A stretch of DNA of 64,000 bases from an uncultured Verrucomicrobiae bacterium (GCA_963815455.1 CAWFGO010000003.1:256001-320000), one strand, 5' to 3'; shown: positions 29,356 to 38,821, counted from the first letter of the stretch. Numbers and translations: made by a program. Notes: a model not told the origin generated them from the letters alone.

Positions 29356-29806
29356 GTGACCAGTGACAAGTGACCAGTTATTGACGGTCAGCTAGCTTGC
29401 GACGTAATGCGTTCAGCATTCGTCGGATTTCGTCGATAATTTCGTATGCCGCGATGACATTTTCTTTCGCGCAGAAGTTGAGTTCGACAGAGAGGATTAT
29501 CTGCGTGTCGAGTTCCGCCGTTGAGCCTTCGGCGTGAGAAATGAACTGAATGAATTCTCCCGTCGTGTGCCGCGCCTGGCCCTCCGCTATGTTCGATGGA
29601 ATCGATACGGCAGCGCGCCGCATCTGTGCAATTATCCCAAATTTTTCCTCTGACGGAAAGTTGGCAGTTAATTTGTAAATAAGCTTTGCCAGCTCGATGC
29701 CTTTTCTCCAAGCGACAAGATCTTTATAACTTTTGGTGTGCTGATTCATGCCGACGTTGTAGCGGGGGATTTCCAACTTGTCACTGGTCACTCGTCACTG
29801 GTCACT
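29356..29806. mobile_element. Putative element: four-helix-bundle gene enclosed by inverted GTGACCA/TGGTCAC heptamer arrays
   Basis: Arrays at 29356-29379 and 29775-29806 are reverse complements of each other. Confidence 0.55.
29378..29749 (-). CDS. Four helix bundle protein (23S rRNA IVS-protein-like family)
   Basis: 'SYKDLVAW', 'FPSEEKFG', 'QMRRAAVSIPSNIAEG'. Confidence 0.92.
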   Translation of the reverse strand: MNQHTKSYKDLVAWRKGIELAKLIYKLTANFPSEEKFGIIAQMRRAAVSIPSNIAEGQARHTTGEFIQFISHAEGSTAELDTQIILSVELNFCAKENVIAAYEIIDEIRRMLNALRRKLADRQ

Positions 29807-29812
29807 TCCCAA

Positions 29813-31348
29813 TCACTTCTTCCAAACGTCGCCCACCCCTTCGCCGAACCAGCGCGTTGAGACCACCTTCTGCTGGGTGTAAAACTGCACCCCTTCCTTG
29901 CCCTGAATGTGCAGATCGCCGTAGAAGGATTCGTCCCAGCCGGTGAATGGGAACATCGCCATCGTCGCAGGCACACCGACGTTGATTCCGACCATGCCTG
30001 CTTTGACCCGGTGTTTGAATTCGCGCGCCGCTTTTCCTGAATTCGTGAAGATCGCGGCCCCATTCCCGTAGGACGATTTGTTTGCGACTTCGATGGCGTG
30101 ATCGAGGTCCTCCATGCGCATGACGTTCAGCACGGGGCCGAAAACTTCTTCGCGGGCGATTGTCATCCCGTCGCGAACTTGATCGACAATTGTCGCGCCC
30201 ATGAAAAATCCGTTAGGGGCATCCGCCACTTTAACGCCCCGGCCATCAGCAATGATTTTTGCGCCTTCTTTTTCGCCGCTTTCGACCAGACCGAAAACGC
30301 GATCGCGATGCTGGCCAGTGATGACCGGGCCCATGTCGGGCTGCGCTTTGCTGTCGGTCGGACCGACCTTAATCGCGCGAGCCGCTTCGATTAACGAAGG
30401 CAAAATGTGATCGGAGGCTTTGCCGACAGTGATGGCTGTTGATCCAGCCATGCAGCGTTCGCCGGCACAACCGAATGCCGCGGTGGAAAGGGCTTCGACG
30501 GTGCGCGCAACATCCGCGTCGGGCATCACCACGATGTAATTCTTCGCGCCGCCATTCGCCTGGACCCGTTTGGCATGGCGCGTCCCGGTTTCAAAAATGT
30601 GTTTCGCAACCGGGGACGAACCGACAAACGAGATCGCTTTCACTTTTGGATGAGTCAGCAGCGCATCGACCGATTCGCGTCCGCCAGGGACAACATTCAG
30701 GACGCCCTTCGGCAAACCGGCCTTTTCCAAAAGTTCAATGATGAGCAACGCAGTAAGCGGAACTTTCTCGCTCGGCTTGAGCACGAAGGTGTTTCCGCAA
30801 GCGAGCGCAACCGGGAACATCCACATCGGCACCATTGCCGGAAAATTAAAGGGCGTTATCCCTACGCAGACACCAAGCGGTTGATGCATCGTCTCGCAAT
30901 CGACTCCGCGGGCCAGATTTTCCAGGGTATCGCCCATGAGCAGCGTGGGAATGCCGCAGGCGTACTCGATATTCTCGATTCCACGATAAGCGCTGCCCCG
31001 CGCTTCGGCCAACGTTTTGCCGTGCTCGCGCGAAACACTTTCACAAATACGATCGAAATTTTCTTCGACTAGCTGGCGGTAACGAAAAAACAACCGGGCC
31101 CGCTCGACCGGCGGCGTGTCGCGCCAACTCGGGAACGCCTCGGCCGCTGCTTCGACCGCTTCATCGACATGCTCTTTTGTGCAAAGCGGCACTTCGGCGA
31201 TGACTTCGCCGCGCGACGGATTGTAAACCGGCGATTTCTCGACGCCGGAAATCTCGCGCCATTCGCCGCCGATGAATGCGGGACACGGGGAGAGTGATGA
31301 GTGACCAGTGACCAGTGACGAGCTAAGGGCGGTTGTCGATTTTGCCAT
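29813..31348 (-). CDS. mmsA: CoA-acylating (methyl)malonate-semialdehyde dehydrogenase
   Basis: 'ITPFNFP', 'GGAKN', 'GCAGERCMA', 'EEVFGPV'. Confidence 0.92.
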   Translation of the reverse strand: MAKSTTALSSSLVTGHSSLSPCPAFIGGEWREISGVEKSPVYNPSRGEVIAEVPLCTKEHVDEAVEAAAEAFPSWRDTPPVERARLFFRYRQLVEENFDRICESVSREHGKTLAEARGSAYRGIENIEYACGIPTLLMGDTLENLARGVDCETMHQPLGVCVGITPFNFPAMVPMWMFPVALACGNTFVLKPSEKVPLTALLIIELLEKAGLPKGVLNVVPGGRESVDALLTHPKVKAISFVGSSPVAKHIFETGTRHAKRVQANGGAKNYIVVMPDADVARTVEALSTAAFGCAGERCMAGSTAITVGKASDHILPSLIEAARAIKVGPTDSKAQPDMGPVITGQHRDRVFGLVESGEKEGAKIIADGRGVKVADAPNGFFMGATIVDQVRDGMTIAREEVFGPVLNVMRMEDLDHAIEVANKSSYGNGAAIFTNSGKAAREFKHRVKAGMVGINVGVPATMAMFPFTGWDESFYGDLHIQGKEGVQFYTQQKVVSTRWFGEGVGDVWKK

Positions 31349-31447
31349 TACGTAACGTAGTTCATCGCCTGCCAGCCGCAAAGCTCGCCAGCAAATGCAG
31401 AAATGATTTTGCAGCGCTTGTCACTCGTCACATGTCACTAGTCACTT
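31292..31447. repeat. Inverted GTGAC/GTCAC heptamer arrays straddling the mmsA start
   Basis: gagtgatgagtgaccagtgaccagtgacgag (coding) ... cttgtcactcgtcacatgtcactagtcactt. Confidence 0.75.
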
Positions 31448-31453
31448 GTTTTG

Positions 31454-32593
31454 TCATCGCGCCAGCGCATCCGATTGCTTCACGAACTCATCCCCGCTCC
31501 ATTCGCTGTCGGCCTTGACCATTTTTTTGGCTTCGGCTGCGGCTTTATCTTTGTCTTTGCGCTCCCTTTGCATGCGCACGAGTTCGGCATGGGTGGTGAA
31601 GTAATCGAGACTCTTGCCTTTGAAGTCGTGCAGTGTTTCAAACTTGTGCTTCTCCATGAACGCGAGCAACTCGTCACACATCCGTTTCACGCATTCATAA
31701 CCGAATTTCATTACGCCGGTGCAGACTTGGGTCGTGTCGGCGCCGAGCAAGATGAATTGCGCCGCATCGCTGCCACTTTCGATCCCGCCGATTCCGGAAA
31801 GACTGCGTCCTGGAAATTCTCGCCGGATCATGGTGGCGATCTCCATCACCATACGCAGCGCGATCGGTCGAACCGCTTTGCACGAATAGCCGCCTGGCGT
31901 GGTATGGCCTTCGACACTCGGCTCGGGGCGCAACGTGTCGAGATTCACCCCCATGACGCTCCGAATGGTGTTAATTGCGCTCACCCCCTGGCAGCCCGCG
32001 CGAAATGCCGCCCGGCTCGGGTCTTCGATGTGCGTGACGTTTGGGGTCATCTTCGCCCAGACCGGTTTTTTCGCAGCAGCCATCACCCAGCCCGCTACCT
32101 CTTCCAGAATCTCCGGGTTCTCGCCCATGGCCGCGCCCATTTTCCGCTCGGGCAATCCATGCGGGCAGGAGAAATTCAGCTCGAACGAATCGACCCCCGC
32201 ATCCTGACAGCGCTCGACGATTTCCGTCCAGGCATCCTTGTTATACTCCTCCATGATCGAGGCAATCAGAATGCCGTCGGGAAATTGGTCTTTGCATTTC
32301 TTGAACTCGTCCAGCCAGATCTCGAATTTGCGGTCGCTGATCAACTCGATGTTCTCCCAGCCGATAACGTCCTTTGGATCGTTGGCGTGCAGTTTCGCGT
32401 AACGCGGGGTGACATTGATCACCTTGGACGAATCCAGGCTCACGGTTTTCGCGATCACCGCGCCCCAGCCTTCGCGGAAGGCGCGGGTAATGACGTTGAG
32501 ATTGGTCCCGGGCGGGCCGGACCCGATGACAAATGGGTTTGGCAACTTCAATCCATCGACGGTGGTGGCAAGTGTTGGCATATCTAACTCCAA
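31454..32593 (-). CDS. preA: Dihydropyrimidine dehydrogenase FMN subunit, plant PYD1-like
   Basis: 'GWENIELISD', 'ELNFSCPHG', 'KMTPN'; no C-terminal ferredoxin. Confidence 0.9.
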   Translation of the reverse strand: MELDMPTLATTVDGLKLPNPFVIGSGPPGTNLNVITRAFREGWGAVIAKTVSLDSSKVINVTPRYAKLHANDPKDVIGWENIELISDRKFEIWLDEFKKCKDQFPDGILIASIMEEYNKDAWTEIVERCQDAGVDSFELNFSCPHGLPERKMGAAMGENPEILEEVAGWVMAAAKKPVWAKMTPNVTHIEDPSRAAFRAGCQGVSAINTIRSVMGVNLDTLRPEPSVEGHTTPGGYSCKAVRPIALRMVMEIATMIRREFPGRSLSGIGGIESGSDAAQFILLGADTTQVCTGVMKFGYECVKRMCDELLAFMEKHKFETLHDFKGKSLDYFTTHAELVRMQRERKDKDKAAAEAKKMVKADSEWSGDEFVKQSDALAR

Positions 32594-32654
32594 TTTTCTA
32601 GGGGTTACATTCTAGGCGGTCATCGCCGGAAGTTCGATAAGATGGCTGCAATAG

Positions 32655-32777
32655 AGCTCCAATCCCAAGCTCCAACTCCAGTGAAAATCCAAACACCAAG
32701 TTCCGAAGCGGAGAGTCTTCCCGTTGAAGCTTGGACATTGGAGCCTCTTTGGGGCTTGGTTATTGGGATTTGTGCTT
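32655..32777. repeat. Inverted heptamer arrays (CCAA-type / TTGG-type), no enclosed gene
   Basis: ctccaatcccaagctccaa...aaacaccaag ... ttggacattggag...gcttggttattgggattt. Confidence 0.7.
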
Positions 32778-34025
32778 AGGACCTGCCGATCCAATGCATG
32801 GCTTTGTCCGCAAGTTTGTCCAGCGCGCTCACCGCGAGCTCCAGATGATCTTCCTTCGTGTCCTCGATCTTGTTGTGACTGATACCGTGAAGGCTTTGCA
32901 CAAACATCATCACTGTTGGGACACCGGCGCGAGCGACCTCCGCCGCGTCGTGCAGCGGACCGGATGGAAGGCGATGCGGCTTGGCGCCGGCTTCTGAGAT
33001 CGCGTCGTCGCAAAATCCAATAAGATCTTTGTTGAACAAGATCGGCTCGATGCTCCAGAGCCGCTCCCAGGCAACGGACACGTTTCCTTCTTTGGCGAAT
33101 TTCTCGCTCGCGTCTTTCGCCTCGCTCAACATCTGCGCAAGCGCTTTGGCATCGAGATGGCGCTGATCCAACGTGATCCGGCATTCTTCGACTACACTGG
33201 TAACGATACCCGGTTTGGTTGTGCACGAGCCAATCGTGCAAACGCCGTTGCCGCTGCGTTCGTGCGATCCGATAAATTTCCGGGCTCATTTTGGCTGCGG
33301 CCAGGAAAGCATCGCGACGTCGATTCATCGGCGTGCTGCCGGAATGGGCGGCTTGCCCACGAAACGTGATGGCGTGACGCTCGACGCCGAAAGTTCCGAG
33401 CACCGTGCCGAGCGGAAGATCGAGATCGAGCAGCACCGGGCCCTGTTCGATGTGCAATTCGATATAAGCGGCGGCGTTCTTCAATTCCTTCCCGGAATCT
33501 CTTCACCTTTTCGAAATCGATTCCGTATTCCTTCACCGCGTCAACCAGACGAATCCCATCTCTGTCTTTCAGTCCGCGCGTCTCGTCCATGTCGATCTTG
33601 CCCGAGCAGGCCGACGAACCGAAAAGGCTTTTGCCGAAGCGCGCGCCTTCCTCATCCGCCCAATCCACCAGCCGAACCGTTACCGGCGGCTTGCCGTTGT
33701 ATTGCGAATTGATGCGTCGCAAAATCTCGACACCGGCCATCGTATTCAGGCAACCGTCGAGCCACCCGCCATTCGGCACGGAATCGATATGCCCGCCAAT
33801 CAATAGCGCTTTGTCGATCTTGCCGGGCAAGGTTGCCCACAGGTTTCCCGCCGCGTCAGAATGAACCTCAGCCCCAATCCCCTCGACTTTGGCTCGCAAC
33901 CATTTCCGCGCTTTGGCCCACGCCGGCGTAAATGCTATGCGCTGTGCGCCATTCTCATCGCCTGTCAAAGCACGCAACTCTTTGAGGTCGGTGATTGTCT
34001 GTTTAGGATTTAGTTCTCCGGCCAT
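32776..34025 (-). CDS. M20 hydantoinase/carbamoylase family amidohydrolase (probable beta-ureidopropionase); two frameshifts
   Basis: 'GGHIDSVPNGG', 'DEEGARF', 'ELHIEQGP', 'GPLHDA' across three ORFs. Confidence 0.85.
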
Positions 34026-34271
34026 TTATTTGAAAGGAATGATCGGTGATTTTGAGATGGGCTACCATCGCAGCACCAGCTTTTTCCCCCGCTCCGCCAG
34101 TTTCGCCAATCCCGCTCCGCCGATTTCTCCTAACCCGGCCCCCCCAAATTGTGCCCAATCCAGCTCTTCCGACGGTGACGCCATTGCCGAGCACCTCGCC
34201 GACTCCCACGCCGACGCCGTCGCCATTCTAGTAGCGATTTTCTCCGGTTGACCTCGCGTCACGTCAACTAC

Positions 34272-34883
34272 TCAGCGCCACTCCGGCATGTATTTCCAAT
34301 TCCGGGGCTTCCCCTGGGCCAGCCACCGCATGGACACCTCTAATCGCTGCTCCCGCGTTTCGGCTCGTTTGGCCTCGCTCAGCCATTCCAGATAATCGCG
34401 CTGCTGGCTTGGGCTGAGACTCTCGAATGTCCTACCCGCTTTGGCATTTTTCCTAATCGCTGCGCGGAAATAATTCGGGACTTTCGGTGGCGGCTTTTTC
34501 TTTGGCCTCGACTGGACCGGCGCCTTTACGCCGGTGCGATTGAGTTTGGCCGCCTTCTTCACTTACCCGATGAGCGTCTGGTCTTTTGGCAATTGGGCGA
34601 GGGACTTGATTCGACCAAAATTTCCCATCGCCTCCCGGTCCGCGAGTCTATCCCCATCGAACATCAATTCCGCTTTCCAAAAACCAAAGGCGCAATGCTC
34701 CTTGAACGCGGCCATGCCGCACATGATTCCTTCGTAGTCGAAGTGCGGAAAGTTCCATTTGATGGTCTCTTTCACCTCCGGGCATCCTGCGTGAACGATC
34801 TTGCGGAGCCGCCTTAGGATCGGCCGGGCAAACGGCGCGGCTTTCTCAATATATCGATCAACGCGGGGGTCTTTGCGCGGCAT
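34272..34883 (-). CDS. YdeI/OmpD-associated (DUF1801) protein, interrupted by in-frame TAA at 34563
   Basis: 'DPRVDRYI..AAPFA' and 'EAKRAETREQR...GKPRNWKY' in the same frame. Confidence 0.8.
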
Positions 34884-35013
34884 AACCAGCGCGAATGATG
34901 TTACCTAACCCGTTCGCGATTGGACAAATCTTTTCTCCACAAAAGACAATTCTCGCCTCAAAAAAGTCGCCAAAAACGCAGAATCTGGCGCGGGGATAGC
35001 TTCTTTTCCCGGG

Positions 35014-35727
35014 ATGCCTTCGTTCCCCCGACAAGCGATACGCCGCGCCATAATCCTCTGCACTGGAGTGATCACCTTCTTTGCCACGTTATCGGACCTG
35101 ACCGCACAACCGCGAAAGGTTCGCCGTCATTACAAGCGGCATGCAACCCTCGCGCTCCAGCCATTTTCGCTCGATAGGCCCTCCCGGGTTCGCCTGGCCT
35201 ATAACTCACCAGGCCGGGTCGTCTACGCCAGATCGGTCCCGCGCGATCGCGACGACGAGTCCGTCTTCACAAATAAGATCGACAACGGAAGCGGACGCCC
35301 CACGGTTCCGGGCAAGCGCGCTGTTCTACGTAACGGCGTGGCCTATGCGCCATCCAGCGCTCCTGAAAGCGTCAAATCCGCAATTTGGGCGGCCAACCAA
35401 ATCCGTCATAAGCCTTACGTCTGGGGCGGCGGTCACGGCTCCCTTAACGATTACGGCTACGACTGTTCGGGCACGGTTTCCTATGCGCTTCATCACGCCG
35501 GTCTTCTCGGCGCACCAATCGCTTCCAATGATTTTCTGGGTTATGGCCAGAGAGGCCGCGGCCGGTGGATAACCGTTTACGCCCGCCATGGGCATACCTT
35601 CGCCATGATTGCCGGTTTACGCCTCGACACGACCGATTTTCGTTACGGCGGCGACGTCGGCCCACGCTGGCACCCCGACAGCCGCGATACTCGCGGGTTC
35701 AGCGCGCGGCATCCGGAAGGCCTGTAA
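35014..35727 (+). CDS. NlpC/P60-like peptidoglycan endopeptidase
   Basis: 'PYVWGGGH', 'YDCSG', His downstream. Confidence 0.8.
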   Translation: MPSFPRQAIRRAIILCTGVITFFATLSDLTAQPRKVRRHYKRHATLALQPFSLDRPSRVRLAYNSPGRVVYARSVPRDRDDESVFTNKIDNGSGRPTVPGKRAVLRNGVAYAPSSAPESVKSAIWAANQIRHKPYVWGGGHGSLNDYGYDCSGTVSYALHHAGLLGAPIASNDFLGYGQRGRGRWITVYARHGHTFAMIAGLRLDTTDFRYGGDVGPRWHPDSRDTRGFSARHPEGL

Positions 35728-35730
35728 TGC

Positions 35731-35804
35731 TGTAGCGTCCGCTGTCCTCAGCGGACTCCGTGTCGGTTCCGCCCAGCAGATGCGCTGAGGACCGCGCACT
35801 CTAC
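35731..35804. repeat. GTAG-type REP doublet
   Basis: tgtagcgtccgctgtcctcagcggac ... gcgctgaggaccgcgcactctaca. Confidence 0.65.
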
Positions 35805-35887
35805 AGCGCGACCGAGCAAGTTCGCGCCCGCCGATTTTCACGCACTTTGAGCGTGCAAAAGCGGCTCGCCTGCCTCAGAAACAAGTC

Positions 35888-36037
35888 ATGAACATCACCA
35901 AAAACCTCGGAATGCTCCTGCTCGCGATTTATCTCATCCTCGTCGGTATCATAGCCCTTGCCGGCTTTGCGATCCCACCCATCGTGATGGGCATTCTGGC
36001 CCTGGCCGCCGGAATCCTGATTCTGATCGGGAAGTAA
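35888..36037 (+). CDS. Small two-TM membrane protein (49 aa), not in the ORF track
   Basis: MNITKNLGMLLLAIYLILVGIIALAGFAIPPIVMGILALAAGILILIGK*. Confidence 0.7.
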   Translation: MNITKNLGMLLLAIYLILVGIIALAGFAIPPIVMGILALAAGILILIGK

Positions 36038-36039
36038 AA

Positions 36040-36127
36040 GGTGGATCGAGCAGTCCCTTGCTCGATGTTAATTTGAGCGGCGAAGCCGCATTTGTTCTAG
36101 CATCGCCCGCGGAGCGGCCGATCCACC
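36040..36127. repeat. REP/MITE-like family A, copy 3
   Basis: Near-identical to 23653..23738. Confidence 0.85.
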
Positions 36128-36134
36128 AAGCACC

Positions 36135-36848
36135 TCACAGCACGCCAACCGCGCGCGAGATCAGCAGGACTATTATGCTGAGCGAGATAGAGACCTGCAC
36201 CATGGCCAGAACTTTGGCCCACCGCGCCAGCAGTGGCGCGTCGGTTGGGCCGAAAGTTGAGCTTTGGGTGAAGGCGACAAAGAGATAATCGATAAAACGG
36301 GGTCGCCACCGCGGACACTCAAATTGAGCCCGTTCGTCCTGCGGGATTTGCATTTGCGGAAATAGAAAACTGGTGCTGCCGAATTTCTTTTGCTCGTGAC
36401 GCACCGTCGGGCCCCCGCCATCAAGGCGCCAATACCAAAGCGCGAATACAATCACGTTCGTTAGCCAGAGTAATCCGCCTGAGCGCAACAATTGAAGCGG
36501 CGCCTCCCGGTGAGTTGGCAGCGCTCGCACCAATAGAGCGACCGAGCAGATCAACGCCAGCGTCGTGATCCCATTAATTAGAAAACCGAGAGCGCGATTG
36601 AGCGAGTGCTTCCCTCGCCGATGGCTAACCACCGTCGGGATTAAAAGACCAACAATCAAGGTCGGAAGCAGCCAGGTTGGCCCGATGATGAGGTTGCGCG
36701 GCAGCGCCAGATAAATCGCGCCCACTGCCAGGAATGCCAGGAGCGCCTGCCAGCGCGGCTCGGGTTTGTCGATATGGTCGTGCTGGTTCGCCACCTCTTC
36801 GCTATAGCAGAAGTTGCGGTTCGCGCGAGATTCCGCTTTCAAATGCAA
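36135..36848 (-). CDS. DUF1345-like membrane protein
   Basis: 'YWRLDGGGP', 'FLFPQM', 'W.P.FIDYL', 'FGPTD'; start uncertain. Confidence 0.75.
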   Translation of the reverse strand: MHLKAESRANRNFCYSEEVANQHDHIDKPEPRWQALLAFLAVGAIYLALPRNLIIGPTWLLPTLIVGLLIPTVVSHRRGKHSLNRALGFLINGITTLALICSVALLVRALPTHREAPLQLLRSGGLLWLTNVIVFALWYWRLDGGGPTVRHEQKKFGSTSFLFPQMQIPQDERAQFECPRWRPRFIDYLFVAFTQSSTFGPTDAPLLARWAKVLAMVQVSISLSIIVLLISRAVGVL

Positions 36849-36945
36849 CGGGCAACCCCTCTCCGTGATAGCGGCGGACGTGGCCGCAGTCGGGCGGGAA
36901 ATTTTTCATTGACCACCCGATCACAAGCCGTCTGATGTAACCGCC

Positions 36946-38766
36946 ATGTTTAAGATCCTTTTGAAATACGTTCTTGGAGTCGTCGTCGCGGTCGTGATCG
37001 CGGCCGCGATTCTGCTGATCAATCTGATTTATTTTCGCCCGTGGAACCTGAATCTCTTTTACGAAAAGGTTTTTGCGGAAACTGTTTTCAATGAACCGGA
37101 GCTGCTTTCGTCGCTTGGCCTGGTCGAGCAGTTCGGCATCACCACCCACAACGGGAAGCTAAGCGACGAATCCCCGGCACATCAACAAGCGGTCATCGAT
37201 CGGTGGAAGAAAGATCTCAAGCAGCTCCGCGAATACCCGTTGGATCGACAATCGCCGTCGCAAAAGCTGTCCACCCGCGTGCTGGACTGGTTCGTCGAGC
37301 GCCAGGTCGAAGGCGAGAAGTGGCAGTTCCACAATTATCCCGTCAACCAGCTCTTCGGCGTCCAGAACCAGCTTCCATCGTTCATGGCAAACACGCACCG
37401 GCTGCTGGCCAAGCAGGATTGCGAATATTACATCATGCGACTCGACGCCGTTCCGAGAAAGTTCGACCAACTTCTTGAAAGCCTGAAAGTCCGGGAAGAC
37501 AAACAGATTCTGCCGCCGCGTTTTGTGGTCGAGAAAGTGTTGAAGGAGATGAGCGATTTCATCGCCAAGCCGGCTGGGGAAAATATTCTCGCTACATCGT
37601 TCAAGACGCGCGCCGCCAAGATCGACAAGTTAACCGAGGCCGAGCGGAGCGATTTTCAGAAACGCGTTGAAACGTCGATCACAAGCAACGTTTATCCCGC
37701 CTATCAGAAGCTGATCGATTACTTCAAAGGCATCGAGCCGAAAACAACGACAGACGATGGCGTGTGGAAATTGCCCGATGGCGACGCGTTTTATGCCTAC
37801 GCCCTGCATGAAAACACGACCACGACGCTAAAACCAAATGAAGTGCACGATCTCGGTTTGGGGGAAGTGACGCGGATCGAGGCAGAGATGCGAGCGATTC
37901 TCGATTCTAATGGATTTATCAATGTCCCAATCGGTGAGGCTATGGACAAGCTCGGAAAGGACCCGCGTTTTCTTTACTCGAACGACGACAAGGGCCGCGC
38001 CGAGGCGTTGGCCGAATACACGCGGTTGATCGATTCGGCGACGGAGCGTTGCAAACAATTGTTCCTGACCTATCCAAAAGCGAAATGCGAAGTGCATCGC
38101 GTGGAAACGTTCAAGGAAGCGACTGCGCCCGGCGCCTATTATGAGGGCGCCACCATGGACGGATCGCGTCCGGGGGTGTTTTACGCCAATCTGCGAGACA
38201 TGAACGAAGTGCCGAAGTGGGGCATGCCGACACTGGCATATCACGAGGGTGTTCCCGGACATCACTGGCAAATCTCGATCGCACGGGAACTCAAAGGTGT
38301 GCCGCAATTCCGCAAAGTGATTCCGTTCACGGCCTACTCGGAAGGCTGGGCCCTCTATGCGGAATGGCTGGCCAAACAAGCCGGCTGGTACGATAACGAC
38401 CCGTTCGGCGATCTCGGCCGTTTGCAGGCCGAGCTGTTCCGCGCGGTCCGGCTGGTTGTCGATACCGGAATTCACACGAAACATTGGACGCGGGAGCAAG
38501 CCATCGCTTACATGCGCGAAAAAACGGGCATGGGAGAAAAGGAAGTCACCGCAGAGATCGAGCGATACATCGTAATTCCAGGCCAGGCGTGCGCATACAA
38601 GATCGGAATGCTAAAAATTCAGGAATTACGCACCCGAGCGCAAAACGAGCTGGGGGAGAAATTTGATCAGCGCGAATTTCACGACACGCTGCTAAAAAAC
38701 GGCGCGCTGCCGCTGGAGATTTTGGAAGAACAGGTAAACGATTACATTCAATCCAAGAAAGCGTAA
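36946..38766 (+). CDS. DUF885 family protein
   Basis: 'HEGVPGHH', 'EGWALYAE', 'RLVVDTGIH', 'PGQA'. Confidence 0.92.
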   Translation: MFKILLKYVLGVVVAVVIAAAILLINLIYFRPWNLNLFYEKVFAETVFNEPELLSSLGLVEQFGITTHNGKLSDESPAHQQAVIDRWKKDLKQLREYPLDRQSPSQKLSTRVLDWFVERQVEGEKWQFHNYPVNQLFGVQNQLPSFMANTHRLLAKQDCEYYIMRLDAVPRKFDQLLESLKVREDKQILPPRFVVEKVLKEMSDFIAKPAGENILATSFKTRAAKIDKLTEAERSDFQKRVETSITSNVYPAYQKLIDYFKGIEPKTTTDDGVWKLPDGDAFYAYALHENTTTTLKPNEVHDLGLGEVTRIEAEMRAILDSNGFINVPIGEAMDKLGKDPRFLYSNDDKGRAEALAEYTRLIDSATERCKQLFLTYPKAKCEVHRVETFKEATAPGAYYEGATMDGSRPGVFYANLRDMNEVPKWGMPTLAYHEGVPGHHWQISIARELKGVPQFRKVIPFTAYSEGWALYAEWLAKQAGWYDNDPFGDLGRLQAELFRAVRLVVDTGIHTKHWTREQAIAYMREKTGMGEKEVTAEIERYIVIPGQACAYKIGMLKIQELRTRAQNELGEKFDQREFHDTLLKNGALPLEILEEQVNDYIQSKKA

Positions 38767-38821
38767 GCTGTAGTCGGAGTTGTTGACTCCGGCCGCGGTC
38801 AGCGCCCGTGGCTACAACAAA

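Noticed and set aside
29356..29806. Four-helix-bundle genes as part of a diversity-generating retroelement
   Set aside because: No reverse transcriptase and no template/variable repeat pair differing at adenines is visible in the window.
34046..34231. Pro/Thr-rich short ORF
   Set aside because: It has no credible start and low complexity; at most a gene remnant.
34563..34565. In-frame TAA in the YdeI-like gene (and TGA at ~54164) as stop-codon reassignment
   Set aside because: TAA and TGA terminate many intact genes in this window; these are isolated substitutions.
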